From assembly GCA_023819145.1 (NCBI GenBank), contig JAMWCW010000009.1, positions 1 to 63,025 of the forward strand: DNA of 63,025 nt, given 5' to 3'. The translations under genes and the position numbers were made by a program. This document shows positions 7,499-17,191 of this stretch, in pieces. How positions within the stretch are numbered: the first letter of the stretch is position 1; each line of letters begins with the position of its first letter. The DNA comes from Candidatus Omnitrophota bacterium. GTDB taxonomy: Bacteria > Omnitrophota > Gorgyraeia > DTHP01. The notes under the pieces were generated by a model, which was given only the letters and a program-made list of their open reading frames with translations, made no database searches and was not told where the DNA came from.

Positions 7499-8476
7499 TT
7501 ACACTATTCCTGCTTTCAAGAGGTCCTGCACATCTATAAGTCCAACTGGCCTATTTTTCTCATCAACTACGGGAATTTCATCAATTTTGTATTCGCGCAA
7601 AATCTTTAATGCCTCTTCAGCCAGACTTCCCTTATTAATCGTCTTTGGAGATCTGGTCATAATCTCTTTTACTTTTCGCTCTAAAAGTTTCGGGTCAGTT
7701 TCTATATGGCGGCGCAGGTCCCCATCGGTAAAAATCCCCAGAAGTTTTTTGTTCTTACCAATAACCGTGGCAGAGCCGGCACGGGCGCGGGTGATGGCTA
7801 AAAGCACATCTTTTATGCGTGTATCTTCGCTCACTACCGGATTTGCCTCTCCTTTGCGCATAATGTCTTCTACCTTTAATAACAACCTCTTCCCCAGGGT
7901 TCCGCCGGGATGGAGTAAGGCAAAATTTTCTTTCTTGAAACCTTTTTTTTTCAAAACCGCAATGGCCAAGGCATCACCTAACGCAAGAATGGCGGTGGTG
8001 GAAGCGGTAGGAGCAAGCCCTAAGGGACAGGCTTCTTTCTCCACCGAAACATCCAAAACCACATCGGCATAACGCGCTAAGTTAGATTGGAGATTTCCCG
8101 TAAAAGCAATCAATTTTGCCCCAATTTTTTTGATTAACGGAAGGAGTTTAGTCAACTCTTCGGTCTCTCCGCTGGTGGAAAGGGCAATCACAATATCTGC
8201 CTGAGTTACTCGGCCTAAATCTCCATGTAACGCCTCGGCAGGATGGAGCCAAAGGCTGGGCGTGCCTAAAGAAGATAAGGTGGCAGAAATTTTCTGGGCG
8301 ATTATTCCGGCTTTACCCATTCCCGTAAGCACAACCCTGCCTTTACAATTAGAAACGAGTTCTACCGCTTTCAAGAAATTTCTACCCAAGCGCTTTGACA
8401 AATCGAGGATTGCTTTCGCCTCTATCTGGAAAACATCTTTGGCACTCTTTAAAGGATTAGTTCTTCTTTCTTCCAT
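7499..8476 (-). CDS. kdsD: Arabinose-5-phosphate isomerase (KpsF/GutQ/KdsD family; SIS + 2x CBS)
   Basis: It has a SIS motif (VLTGMGKAGIIAQKISATLSSLGTPS...SGETEE) and C-terminal tandem CBS repeats (VEDIMRKG..., VKEIMTRSP...). Confidence 0.9.
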   Translation of the reverse strand: MEERRTNPLKSAKDVFQIEAKAILDLSKRLGRNFLKAVELVSNCKGRVVLTGMGKAGIIAQKISATLSSLGTPSLWLHPAEALHGDLGRVTQADIVIALSTSGETEELTKLLPLIKKIGAKLIAFTGNLQSNLARYADVVLDVSVEKEACPLGLAPTASTTAILALGDALAIAVLKKKGFKKENFALLHPGGTLGKRLLLKVEDIMRKGEANPVVSEDTRIKDVLLAITRARAGSATVIGKNKKLLGIFTDGDLRRHIETDPKLLERKVKEIMTRSPKTINKGSLAEEALKILREYKIDEIPVVDEKNRPVGLIDVQDLLKAGIV

Positions 8477-9285
8477 ATTTGGCTGATTGGTTTTACTTCT
8501 TTAAGTAATTTTTCTAATGCTTTTAAATCAAGCATGTTCGGACCGTCAGAAAGGGCTTTATGAGGATCATCATGCACTTCTAAAAAAATGCCATCGCAAC
8601 CAAAAGCGACAGCTGCCCGGGTAAGCCCGGGGACAAATTCCCTATTACCTCCAGAAGAAGCTCCTCTTCCACCAGGAATTTGTACTGAATGTGTCGCATC
8701 AAAAATCACCGGATAGCCAAATCCTCTTAAAATGGCTAAAGACCGCAAGTCGGTTACCAGATTATTATATCCAAAAGCGGTTCCCCTTTCCGTAAGTAAA
8801 ATTTTTTTGTTCCCCGTTGTTTCTACTTTCTCAATGATGTGCTTCATATCCCAAGGAGCAAGAAATTGCGACTTTTTTAAATTAACCACCTTGCCAGTTT
8901 TTCCCGCTTCCACTACCAAATCGGTCTGCCTTATTAAAAATGCGGGGATTTGAATGATATCTAAAACACTTTTTGCCTCTTTTATCTCATTACGACAATG
9001 AATATCAGAAAGTATAGGTAAAGCAAATTTTTCTTTTATCTTTGCTAAAATCTTTAAACCTTTTTTTAATCCTGGACCTCGATAGGATTTGATAGAGAGC
9101 CTATTTGCTTTGTCGTAACTGGATTTAAAAATAAAAGGAAAATCCAATCTTTCAGTAATCTCTTTTAAAGCACCAGCCATATAAAAAGCATGCCTCTCAG
9201 ATTCAATCACGCAAGGTCCAGCAATTAAAACTAATGGATTTTTCTCCCCGATTTTTATTTTCCCTAATTTAATCTCCTTAACCAT
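8449..9285 (-). CDS. kdsA: 3-deoxy-8-phosphooctulonate (KDO-8-P) synthase
   Basis: 278 aa with LIAGPCVIES, FKSSYDKANR and DATHSVQIPGG motifs typical of KdsA. Confidence 0.95.
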   Translation of the reverse strand: MVKEIKLGKIKIGEKNPLVLIAGPCVIESERHAFYMAGALKEITERLDFPFIFKSSYDKANRLSIKSYRGPGLKKGLKILAKIKEKFALPILSDIHCRNEIKEAKSVLDIIQIPAFLIRQTDLVVEAGKTGKVVNLKKSQFLAPWDMKHIIEKVETTGNKKILLTERGTAFGYNNLVTDLRSLAILRGFGYPVIFDATHSVQIPGGRGASSGGNREFVPGLTRAAVAFGCDGIFLEVHDDPHKALSDGPNMLDLKALEKLLKEVKPISQIWKKEELIL

Positions 9286-10022
9286 TCCTCTGCCCTTTTT
9301 AAGTCTTGGGGGGTATCGATTCCTAAGGTATCATCTTTAGTAATAATTATTTTAATGCGCATTCCGTTCTCTAAGGCACGCAACTGCTCAAGACACTCCA
9401 TCTTTTCTAACCTCCCCAAAGGAAACTTGACAAAATCAAGAAGCGCTTTTCGCTTATAGACATAAATTCCCAGATGTTTAAAATACTGGCACACTGCCCC
9501 ACTCTCGATAAGGCAGGAAGCTCGATTATCCTGGTCTCTTAAATAAGGAATTGCAAAACGTGAAAAGTATAAGGCATAACCCTTCTTGTCAAAAACAACC
9601 TTCACCACATGGGGATTAACTAAATCCTCTCTGTTTTTAATAGAAGTGGCTAAAGTTCCGATGTCTGCACTTTTATCTTCCATAAAATTCTTCACTAAAA
9701 ATCTAATCATCTGATGTTTAAGAAACGGTTCATCTCCCTGAATATTTACGATAATTTCCGCCTTGATTTTTTTGGCTACCTCAGCAACCCTCTCTGTGCC
9801 GGAGCAATGGTGGGAAGAAGTCAGCAGAACATCCGCACCAAACTCTTGAACGGTTTTAAAGATTCTCTGGTCATCGGTAGCAATAATAACTCTATCTAAT
9901 TTAGCTTTTTTTGCATTTTCATAAACCCATTGTATCAACGGTTTGTTCCCTAATTTAGCCAAAGCTTTACCGGGAAAACGCGTTGATTTATATCTTGTGG
10001 GAATCACTCCTAATACTTTCAT
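9264..10022 (-). CDS. kdsB: 3-deoxy-manno-octulosonate cytidylyltransferase (CMP-KDO synthetase)
   Basis: VIPTRYKSTRFPGKAL and IVNIQGDEP motifs; 252 aa. Confidence 0.95.
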   Translation of the reverse strand: MKVLGVIPTRYKSTRFPGKALAKLGNKPLIQWVYENAKKAKLDRVIIATDDQRIFKTVQEFGADVLLTSSHHCSGTERVAEVAKKIKAEIIVNIQGDEPFLKHQMIRFLVKNFMEDKSADIGTLATSIKNREDLVNPHVVKVVFDKKGYALYFSRFAIPYLRDQDNRASCLIESGAVCQYFKHLGIYVYKRKALLDFVKFPLGRLEKMECLEQLRALENGMRIKIIITKDDTLGIDTPQDLKRAEEWLRRLN

Positions 10023-11040
10023 CTTCTATACGGGCGATTAACTCTTCCTGATTAGTAACTGCTACACCCAATTTCTCTACTACTATTCCTGCGGCAAAAT
10101 TGGCTAACTGCGCTGCTTCTTTCATCCCCGCTCCCTGAGAAATAGCTAAAGTAAAAGTGGCAATTACCGTATCTCCTGCTCCTGCCACATCAAAAACCTC
10201 TCTTGCCACGGTAGAGATGCGGTAAGGTTTTCTATGTTTCTCAAAAAGACACATCCCTTGTTCACCTAAGGTAACAAGAAGTGCTTCCAAGTCCAGCCCC
10301 CGCCTCAATTCCTCTCCCGCACGATTAATCTGTTCATCAGTAATCAATTTGTCGCTGTTAATCCTTAAGGGAACTGTGCCTTTTATTTTCAAATAGCGGA
10401 TGGCGTTTTCTGTCTCTTTACGGTTGGGAGTAATGGCGGTAAAACCCTTGTAATAGTCAAAATGTTCTTCTTTCGGGTCAACAGTAACAACTATTTTATT
10501 CTTCTTAACGAGATTCCTAAGTTTATTTAAAAGGGCGGGGGTAATAATTCCCTTGCCATAATCCTCAATAACCACCGCCTGATACTGACCTATAGACTTT
10601 TCAAGATATTCAATAATATCTTCCAGCCAGCAATCAGGAAGAGGACTGGTATCTTCCCAGTCAACCCTTACTGTCTGCTGATGTCCGGCAATGATTCTCG
10701 TTTTCAGAGTGGTAGGCCTCTGAGAATAGGAAAAGATTCCTTTGATATCTACGTTTCTCTTCTTTAACTCTTTCTTCAAAATTTCTCCATTATTATCCTT
10801 ACCCACTATTCCCAACAAATTAACGCTTGCTCCTAAACTGCTAAGATTACAGGCAACATTGGCTGCGCCTCCGGGAGCATAAGTCTTCTTCTTTGCCCAG
10901 ACCACAGGAACGGGTGCTTCGGGAGAAATACGCTCTACCTCTCCCCAGATGAACTCGTCAAGCATCAAGTCTCCTACCACCAGAACTTTTGCCTTGCTAA
11001 AAGAAGAAATAATTTTTCTTAATTTTTTATTCTCAACCAT
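9988..11040 (-). CDS. hldA: D-glycero-beta-D-manno-heptose-7-phosphate kinase (RfaE/HldE domain I only; PfkB family)
   Basis: It has PfkB motifs GGAANVA and DVAGAGDTV and the N-terminus VLVVGDLMLDEFIWG typical of RfaE domain I. There is no adenylyltransferase domain. I placed the start at ATG 11040 (MVENKK...), which overlaps the upstream stop as ATGGTTGA. Confidence 0.85.
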   Translation of the reverse strand: MVENKKLRKIISSFSKAKVLVVGDLMLDEFIWGEVERISPEAPVPVVWAKKKTYAPGGAANVACNLSSLGASVNLLGIVGKDNNGEILKKELKKRNVDIKGIFSYSQRPTTLKTRIIAGHQQTVRVDWEDTSPLPDCWLEDIIEYLEKSIGQYQAVVIEDYGKGIITPALLNKLRNLVKKNKIVVTVDPKEEHFDYYKGFTAITPNRKETENAIRYLKIKGTVPLRINSDKLITDEQINRAGEELRRGLDLEALLVTLGEQGMCLFEKHRKPYRISTVAREVFDVAGAGDTVIATFTLAISQGAGMKEAAQLANFAAGIVVEKLGVAVTNQEELIARIEDESIRSDSHKI

Positions 11041-11962
11041 CTCTACACATCCTTTCCATAATTGCCCGATATAACAAAGGGAGCATAATTTCATGGTGCC
11101 CGATGAAAGAAAAACCTTTACCTTCTAAAGTTGGTCTTTTTACGACGTTGGTAAAAGCACGATAATGTTTTATCATATCAAAATCCGCAGAAGTAAAATT
11201 CTTCACTCCAAAACCCAGATTCCTTACTACCGCCAATGCCTTCAAGAATACCTCGGGCAAAATCACCGCCGAACCAAAATTTATAACTACCCCTTTCCCC
11301 AATTTGCTCACCACCTCACAGAACCGCCGGAAATCACGCAGGCTCAATTCTCCGGTATCTGCGCCGTTGCAGGAGGGATGCATATGGATGATATCCGTAC
11401 CGATGGCTACATGGACAGTAACTGGAATTTGATATTTTACTCCTGCATAGAGCAAACTATATGCTCGATATTTTAATTTCCTCCGCGCAATCATCTTTCC
11501 AATGGCTTCTCCCAAACCATAGTTTTTAATTCTGCCTTCTTTTATTGCTCTGTTGAGATAATCGGCAGTCTCGCTGGCCATACCGAAACTACCATTTTGA
11601 ATTGCTTCATCCACATCTTCAGAAGTTCCTCCCTGATAGGCAATCTCAAAATCGTGGATTATCCCCGCTCCATTTAAGGCAACAGCAGTAATAATTCTTC
11701 TGCGCATCAAATCGATGATAAAGGGAGAGAGTCCACATTTTATCACATGGGCACCGAGCATAAAAATAATCGCTCTCTCTTTACGTTTTGCCTGAATAAT
11801 CTCGGATATGAGCTGTTTAAAATCTTTTCCGGCAAGAATATCGGGAAGGGAAGAAAAGAAATCTTTTTTAAGAAAATTGAGAGAAGAAAATTTTTCTATC
11901 TTTACCTTGCTTTTGCGCGTTCTTAAAGGGTAAGTCTTTAGTTTACAAAAGTCTATCACCAT
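11033..11962 (-). CDS. Deoxyhypusine-synthase-like (DHS-like NAD-binding fold) protein, function unknown
   Basis: 309 aa. The stretch FMLGAHVIKCGLSPFIIDLMRRRIITAVALNGAGIIHDFEIAYQGGTSEDVDEAI resembles the DS/DHS family core. This is recognised from memory only and is not verified. Confidence 0.45.
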   Translation of the reverse strand: MVIDFCKLKTYPLRTRKSKVKIEKFSSLNFLKKDFFSSLPDILAGKDFKQLISEIIQAKRKERAIIFMLGAHVIKCGLSPFIIDLMRRRIITAVALNGAGIIHDFEIAYQGGTSEDVDEAIQNGSFGMASETADYLNRAIKEGRIKNYGLGEAIGKMIARRKLKYRAYSLLYAGVKYQIPVTVHVAIGTDIIHMHPSCNGADTGELSLRDFRRFCEVVSKLGKGVVINFGSAVILPEVFLKALAVVRNLGFGVKNFTSADFDMIKHYRAFTNVVKRPTLEGKGFSFIGHHEIMLPLLYRAIMERMCRDG

Positions 11963-12007
11963 TTTAAGGTAATTTTATACCATAAATTATGCGAAAAAAC
12001 AATCTTT

Positions 12008-12859
12008 TTACTCTATCTTTTGCAAAACCGCTACCACCGTGCCTACCACAGGAATGTTCATGTGCACTTTCATCATCAGGGGAATTCTGTTTTCGTCATT
12101 ACTTAACCAAACCCAGGCACTTCCTTTGTCAAAAGTTTTCTCCCCCAATTGAGGAACGGGCTCCGCCATAAAAGCATCAAAAACACCCACCCCCGGAAGA
12201 TTCATCTTGCCAAAGCTGGTAATAGCTATCTTAAGTAACCAATTCTTTTCCACCTGATTTACTGTAAATTCCAGAGGCTTTTCGGTAGTAATTTCCTTCA
12301 GACGAAAACAATAAAAAGCACTGAATTCATCAACTGCTTCGGTGGGAAGAGGAAAAGTCTTATTTGTTCCGTCTTTTAAATTCTGAAATTTCACAATTTT
12401 ATTATCCCAATCGTAATCTAAAACTAAATACGCACTATATTTCCCTTCCTTTCTTACCGCCGTATGTCTTATGCTTAGAAGGGTTTCTTTGTCCAGAAAA
12501 GATTCCATATAATCATCAACCTTAAAGAGAAAATTGAGCCATTTATTTGAACGAGCACTACCCACGAGGCGATAAGCCTGACGTCCATTTAGCTCTACCA
12601 TCTCTTTTATCTCTGTGACCACGATACCAACGGGCATCTTCATCCAGTAAATTTCATAAGTAAGTTTTTCCCCTATTCTTAATTCGGGTTTTGCTTCTTT
12701 GAGCTCTATCTCCACCTCTTTATCTTCTAAGGTAACGGTTTCTATCTGTTTATACCTCGCCAGTGTTCCACAACCAGCCATTGTAAAAGCAGTAAGTATT
12801 ACTATAAATTTTAAAATTAGAGTTTCGAATTTAGAATTTCGGATTTTAGAACCGTTCAT
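12008..12859 (-). CDS. DUF3108-like lipoprotein
   Basis: It has a lipobox (LTAFTMAGC). The block EKLTYEIYWMKMPVGIVVTEIKEMVELNGRQAYRLVGSARSNKW...FKVDD is typical of DUF3108. Confidence 0.65.
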   Translation of the reverse strand: MNGSKIRNSKFETLILKFIVILTAFTMAGCGTLARYKQIETVTLEDKEVEIELKEAKPELRIGEKLTYEIYWMKMPVGIVVTEIKEMVELNGRQAYRLVGSARSNKWLNFLFKVDDYMESFLDKETLLSIRHTAVRKEGKYSAYLVLDYDWDNKIVKFQNLKDGTNKTFPLPTEAVDEFSAFYCFRLKEITTEKPLEFTVNQVEKNWLLKIAITSFGKMNLPGVGVFDAFMAEPVPQLGEKTFDKGSAWVWLSNDENRIPLMMKVHMNIPVVGTVVAVLQKIE

Positions 12860-12885
12860 TTTTATATTTGCTCGATGTGCTTCTC

Positions 12886-14988
12886 TTAAGCAACTCCATC
12901 AATCTCGCCACATTTTTGGGCAAGTTTACTAACTTTTGTGGCGGAGTTTTTAGTATTTGAATAATCGCTATCAAGAATTTTACTTACCGCCTCTATAACT
13001 TCCTCGGAAGTGATTGACCTAATACATTTAAACCCAATTTTACAATTATGTGCAAGACATTTAACACAACCCACATCTTTATGCAAAACAATATCTTTTT
13101 CGCCTAATGGCCCCCAGCGTTTTGGACCTAAACCCGCCTGTTTTCTTCCAAAAATACTGATTACCGGCGTTTTTACTGCTACCGCAATGTGCACCGGTCC
13201 ACTATCATTGGAAATAAATAACTTCGCTCTCTTTAAAAGCGAAGCGAGTTCCTTAAGGGAAAAATCTACAAAAACAAACGTAGGACTGTATTGCATAAAA
13301 TTTTTTACTCTGTTAGCCAAGTAAGCATCTTTTTTAGCTACAACAATCAAGACCTTCATCCCGTAATCTTTTATCATTCTATCAGAAACGGAAGCAAAAT
13401 TTTCCGCAGGCCAGATTTTGGAAGGGCAACTTGCTCCGGGATGAACGACTACAAAATTATTACTTTCTAAACCATTTTCCTTTAGCAATAAATCAACTTT
13501 TTCATCCGCATCTTTACTAATGGGGAAAAATAAGGACCTATCGCATTTAGCGATTCCTAAATAATTTAAAAGGTCTAAATTGTAATCCAACTCGTGTTTT
13601 TCTCCTAAGTATTTTTTCTCCTCTATCCGCTTGGTATTTAAAAAACCCCATTTCTTTTTATAGCCAACCCTTTTAGGAATTCCTGCGAGAAAAGAAATGA
13701 TATGGACACGATTTGTAGGATGTAGAATTAAAGCTAAATCAAAACGATATTTTCTTATTTTAGTTATAAATTTTAAAGTATCCAGTAAAGAACGGTCTTT
13801 TCCCCTTTTATCATAGACAATTACCTCATCTAAGTAGGGATTGCCTTCTACAATCTCTTGAGTATAAGAACTAACCATCATCGCCAGAAAACTCTGAGGA
13901 AAACTGTCTCTGAGATTTTTAATAACCGGTGTGGACAAAACTACATCACCAATTCTATCGGTGCGGATCACCAGAATACGCTTATAATCCTGTTTGCTAA
14001 CCAGTAATCGGTAATCAGTAATCAGTAATTTCTTTGCTGCCTCAACTACTTCCCAGGGTTTGACCAATTCTAAGCATTTCCGATGTCCATACCTACATTG
14101 TGCTTTCTCGCAAGGAACGCAGGACAATAATCTGCGTAAGACAAAAAAATTCCCCGACAGCGGTCCGTATTTTATGGGATCGGTTGGTCCAAAAATGGCA
14201 ATGGTGGGAATATTTACAGCAGAACCGCAATGAAGCACGGCGGAATCATTGGTGATTAAAACCCTTGCCATCTTCAATAAAACTACAAGCTGGGGAATGG
14301 TAGTTTTACCCGAAAAGTTAAAAACGCCATCTCCAAGATTATTCTTTATCTCTTGAGCAATTAAGAAATCATCTTGAGAACCTACAAGAATAATTTTAGT
14401 TTTGCATTCATCCCTTAACCTCCGGCCTACTTCTATGAAGTTTTTTAGTTCCCAACGTTTCGTCGAGCTACGTGCAGCGGGAGCAATAACTATCAAAATG
14501 TCACTTTTCTCAATACAGGCCTCTCTTAAAAGATGTTCTACATAATCTTGGTCTTGTTTTTCAAAATGCACTCTGGGAAGTTTAAGGTGGGGATAAATCG
14601 TCAATCCCAATTTTTCTATGACTTTTAAATGCTTATCCCGCATATGCAGGCTATTTTTATTACTGTTTCTTAATAAAGAGGTTTTATATCGCGGGTGAAT
14701 CAAGAGAGGGATGAGAGTATGGCGTAAATCTACTACCAAGTCGTATCGCTCCTGACGCAATTTCTTAATTAAAGAAGTTTTTTCTTTTAGGGAAGATTTT
14801 TTATTATAGAAAAATAAGTTACTTATTTTTCTATCCTTCTCCAAAACCTCTTTCCCTCTCGGCCCAACGAGAATATCAAACAATGCCTGGGGAAAATTTT
14901 CCTTTAAATGTTCAAGAACCGGAGTAGTCAAAATAACATCTCCAATATTACTTAAGCTTATCATCAAAATTTTCTTAACTTTTCTCAT
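12886..14988 (-). CDS. Tandem fusion of two GT9 (LPS heptosyltransferase) modules
   Basis: 700 aa. Module 1 runs KKILMISLSNIGDVILTTP ... NDSAVLHCGSAVNIPTIAIFGPTD. Module 2 runs YKRILVIRTDRIGDVVLSTP ... NDSGPVHIAVAVKTPVISIFG. The linker is LLITDYRLLVSKQ. Confidence 0.85.
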   Translation of the reverse strand: MRKVKKILMISLSNIGDVILTTPVLEHLKENFPQALFDILVGPRGKEVLEKDRKISNLFFYNKKSSLKEKTSLIKKLRQERYDLVVDLRHTLIPLLIHPRYKTSLLRNSNKNSLHMRDKHLKVIEKLGLTIYPHLKLPRVHFEKQDQDYVEHLLREACIEKSDILIVIAPAARSSTKRWELKNFIEVGRRLRDECKTKIILVGSQDDFLIAQEIKNNLGDGVFNFSGKTTIPQLVVLLKMARVLITNDSAVLHCGSAVNIPTIAIFGPTDPIKYGPLSGNFFVLRRLLSCVPCEKAQCRYGHRKCLELVKPWEVVEAAKKLLITDYRLLVSKQDYKRILVIRTDRIGDVVLSTPVIKNLRDSFPQSFLAMMVSSYTQEIVEGNPYLDEVIVYDKRGKDRSLLDTLKFITKIRKYRFDLALILHPTNRVHIISFLAGIPKRVGYKKKWGFLNTKRIEEKKYLGEKHELDYNLDLLNYLGIAKCDRSLFFPISKDADEKVDLLLKENGLESNNFVVVHPGASCPSKIWPAENFASVSDRMIKDYGMKVLIVVAKKDAYLANRVKNFMQYSPTFVFVDFSLKELASLLKRAKLFISNDSGPVHIAVAVKTPVISIFGRKQAGLGPKRWGPLGEKDIVLHKDVGCVKCLAHNCKIGFKCIRSITSEEVIEAVSKILDSDYSNTKNSATKVSKLAQKCGEIDGVA

Positions 14989-15008
14989 TGTTAATTACTC
15001 ATTGCTAA

Positions 15009-16025
15009 CTAGTCATTACTTACTAATTTCTTTACTTCTGCAAACACCTCATCAGGCGTAATGGATTTCATACAACGATTATCTTTGCATTTTAAATGAT
15101 AACAAGGGACAGTACATCCTACATCTTTTTGAATTACCCGATATTTACCCGGTCCATAGGGTCCAGTGATTTTGCTTGCGGTGGGCCCAAACAAAGCTAA
15201 CACTTTTGCTCCCACGGCAACGGCAATGTGGAGAGGTCCTGTATCATTGGTTACAATTAATTCCGTTCGTTTAAATAATCCACCCAACTGTTTAAGGGTG
15301 GTCTTACCGGTGGCAATAACGGGTTTTGTCTCCATATACTCTGCAATCTCCTGAGCAAGCTCTGAATCTTTATCTGCTCCACTAATCACAACTTTTGCCT
15401 TCATTTTTTTAGTCAACATGTCTCCCAAAATTCCGAAATATTTGGGTGGCCAGCGTTTCAAAAACCAGTTTGCCCCTGGATTGAGGACGATAAAGGGAGT
15501 GCCTTTAGTTATGCCATTATCTTCTAAGAATTTTTCTATATAAGTTTCCACTTCAGAAGGAATAAAAAAATCATAGCCCATTTTATCGATGGGCATATCT
15601 AAGGCATGAGCTAAATTGAGAAAATATTCCACGCGATGTAAGTCGCCTTTAGGAATTTCAACCTTATGGGTAAGAAACAATTTCCTTTTTTTTGTAACAT
15701 ACCCACAGCGTTTGGGAATTTTAGCCAGCGCAGTGATTAGAGTGCGCGTAAGAGAACGATGGAGCAAATACACCTCATCAAACTTTTTGGAACGCAATAG
15801 ACTTATAAACTGCAACTTGCCTAAGAGCGAAGAGTATTCCCCTTCCTCATCATAAATAATCAGTTCATCAAGATAAGGATTGCCTTCGAGAATTTCCTTA
15901 CAGCGAGGAACAATCATACAAGCCAAATGAGCATCGGGATATTTGTTCCTCACTGCACGGATAAAGGGAGTAGAGAATAAAACATCTCCCAGCCAGTTAA
16001 CATTAATAATAAGAATGTTTTTCAT
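15009..16025 (-). CDS. GT9 LPS heptosyltransferase
   Basis: 338 aa with NILIINVNWLGDVLFSTP and NDTGPLHIAVAVGAKVLALFGPT motifs. Confidence 0.85.
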   Translation of the reverse strand: MKNILIINVNWLGDVLFSTPFIRAVRNKYPDAHLACMIVPRCKEILEGNPYLDELIIYDEEGEYSSLLGKLQFISLLRSKKFDEVYLLHRSLTRTLITALAKIPKRCGYVTKKRKLFLTHKVEIPKGDLHRVEYFLNLAHALDMPIDKMGYDFFIPSEVETYIEKFLEDNGITKGTPFIVLNPGANWFLKRWPPKYFGILGDMLTKKMKAKVVISGADKDSELAQEIAEYMETKPVIATGKTTLKQLGGLFKRTELIVTNDTGPLHIAVAVGAKVLALFGPTASKITGPYGPGKYRVIQKDVGCTVPCYHLKCKDNRCMKSITPDEVFAEVKKLVSND

Positions 16026-16090
16026 AATAAACCAATTACAAAATTAAACAATTACATCATACAGCAAGGAAACAAAAAGAGCAAGAATTG

Positions 16091-17185
16091 TTAGAAGGTT
16101 AATATCTCGCGATAAAAATCTTCTGTTTCTTTTACCATATTATCAAGGGTAAACTTCTCTTCTATTGTCTGCTTACCTTTAAATACAAGTTTGTTCTTTA
16201 GAGTATCATCCTCCAATATCCTACAGATTGCTTCTCCTAAGCCTTTCTCATCACGCGGTAAAACAAGTAAACCATTTTCTCCGTCCTGAATTATCTCAGA
16301 TATCCCTCCAGTATTTGAAGCAACTACCGGAATACCGAAGGCCATCGCTTCCAAAAGCACCATCCCTAAACCCTCTTCTAATGAAGGTAAAACAAAAATA
16401 TCCATAAGAGAAAAAATCAAAGATTTATCCGAAATAGAAGATACTAAAAATACACTTTTTTCCATTTCCAAATCTTTAATTAATCTCAAAAGCAAATTTC
16501 TAATTTTTCCCTCACCCACGATAAGTAATTGTGCAGAGGGGATTTTTTCAAGAACATATTTCATCGCTCGGATAAGATAAAAATGCCCTTTAATTTCAGC
16601 AAGGCGAGAAATGATACCAATCACCGGACCCCTGCTTAAACCAAAGTTATTTCTCAATCCATTTATCTCTTTTTCGCTTTTTTTAAAACTCCCCATTTCT
16701 ACACCGTTATAAATCACCTTTATTTTAATTCCCTCTAACCCAAATTTAACTTTGAGGTGCTTTTCCACTGCCTTACTTATGGCAATCACTCCCTTTCCCC
16801 AATGGGGGAAAATTTTGTGACTGATTCGTTTTTTATAAAAACCGTGAGCGGTAGAAACAAAAGGGAGATTTAACCTCTTTTGAACATACCTAGATATTAC
16901 ACGCGTAAGTCTGGTTTGCGCGTGTAATAAATCCATTCCTTCTTTCTCCAAGATTGAACAAAGATTTCTTTTTGCCCAGAAAATCTTTGGACTTATTTCG
17001 GATTTAGTAAAAATGTTCAGAAAAATGTGCTCAATACCCAATGATTTTAATACGTCTAATTTCTCCCCTCCCCTCGAAGCTACTTTAACCAAATGACCTT
17101 TTTCTTTTAAACCTTTAGCCAATGAAAGAACATAGGTAGTGATCCCACCGGCATTTAGATGATTAGTAAGCAAGAGTATTTTCAT
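16091..17185 (-). CDS. GT4-family glycosyltransferase (GT-B, group 1)
   Basis: MKILLLTNHLNAGGITTYV...; the C-terminal motif PSLEEGLGMVLLEAMAFGIPVVASNTGGISEII matches the EX7E type. Confidence 0.85.
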   Translation of the reverse strand: MKILLLTNHLNAGGITTYVLSLAKGLKEKGHLVKVASRGGEKLDVLKSLGIEHIFLNIFTKSEISPKIFWAKRNLCSILEKEGMDLLHAQTRLTRVISRYVQKRLNLPFVSTAHGFYKKRISHKIFPHWGKGVIAISKAVEKHLKVKFGLEGIKIKVIYNGVEMGSFKKSEKEINGLRNNFGLSRGPVIGIISRLAEIKGHFYLIRAMKYVLEKIPSAQLLIVGEGKIRNLLLRLIKDLEMEKSVFLVSSISDKSLIFSLMDIFVLPSLEEGLGMVLLEAMAFGIPVVASNTGGISEIIQDGENGLLVLPRDEKGLGEAICRILEDDTLKNKLVFKGKQTIEEKFTLDNMVKETEDFYREILTF

Positions 17186-17191
17186 TTATCA

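Noticed and set aside
7587-8072. Plus-strand ORFs antisense to well-supported minus-strand genes (also 8262-8486, 11165-11476, 18378-18731, 29172-29663, 34979-35356, 50563-50895, 61824-62198 and similar)
   Set aside because: They lie fully inside conserved-family genes on the other strand, have low-complexity composition and lack RBSs. They are typical shadow ORFs of AT-rich DNA.
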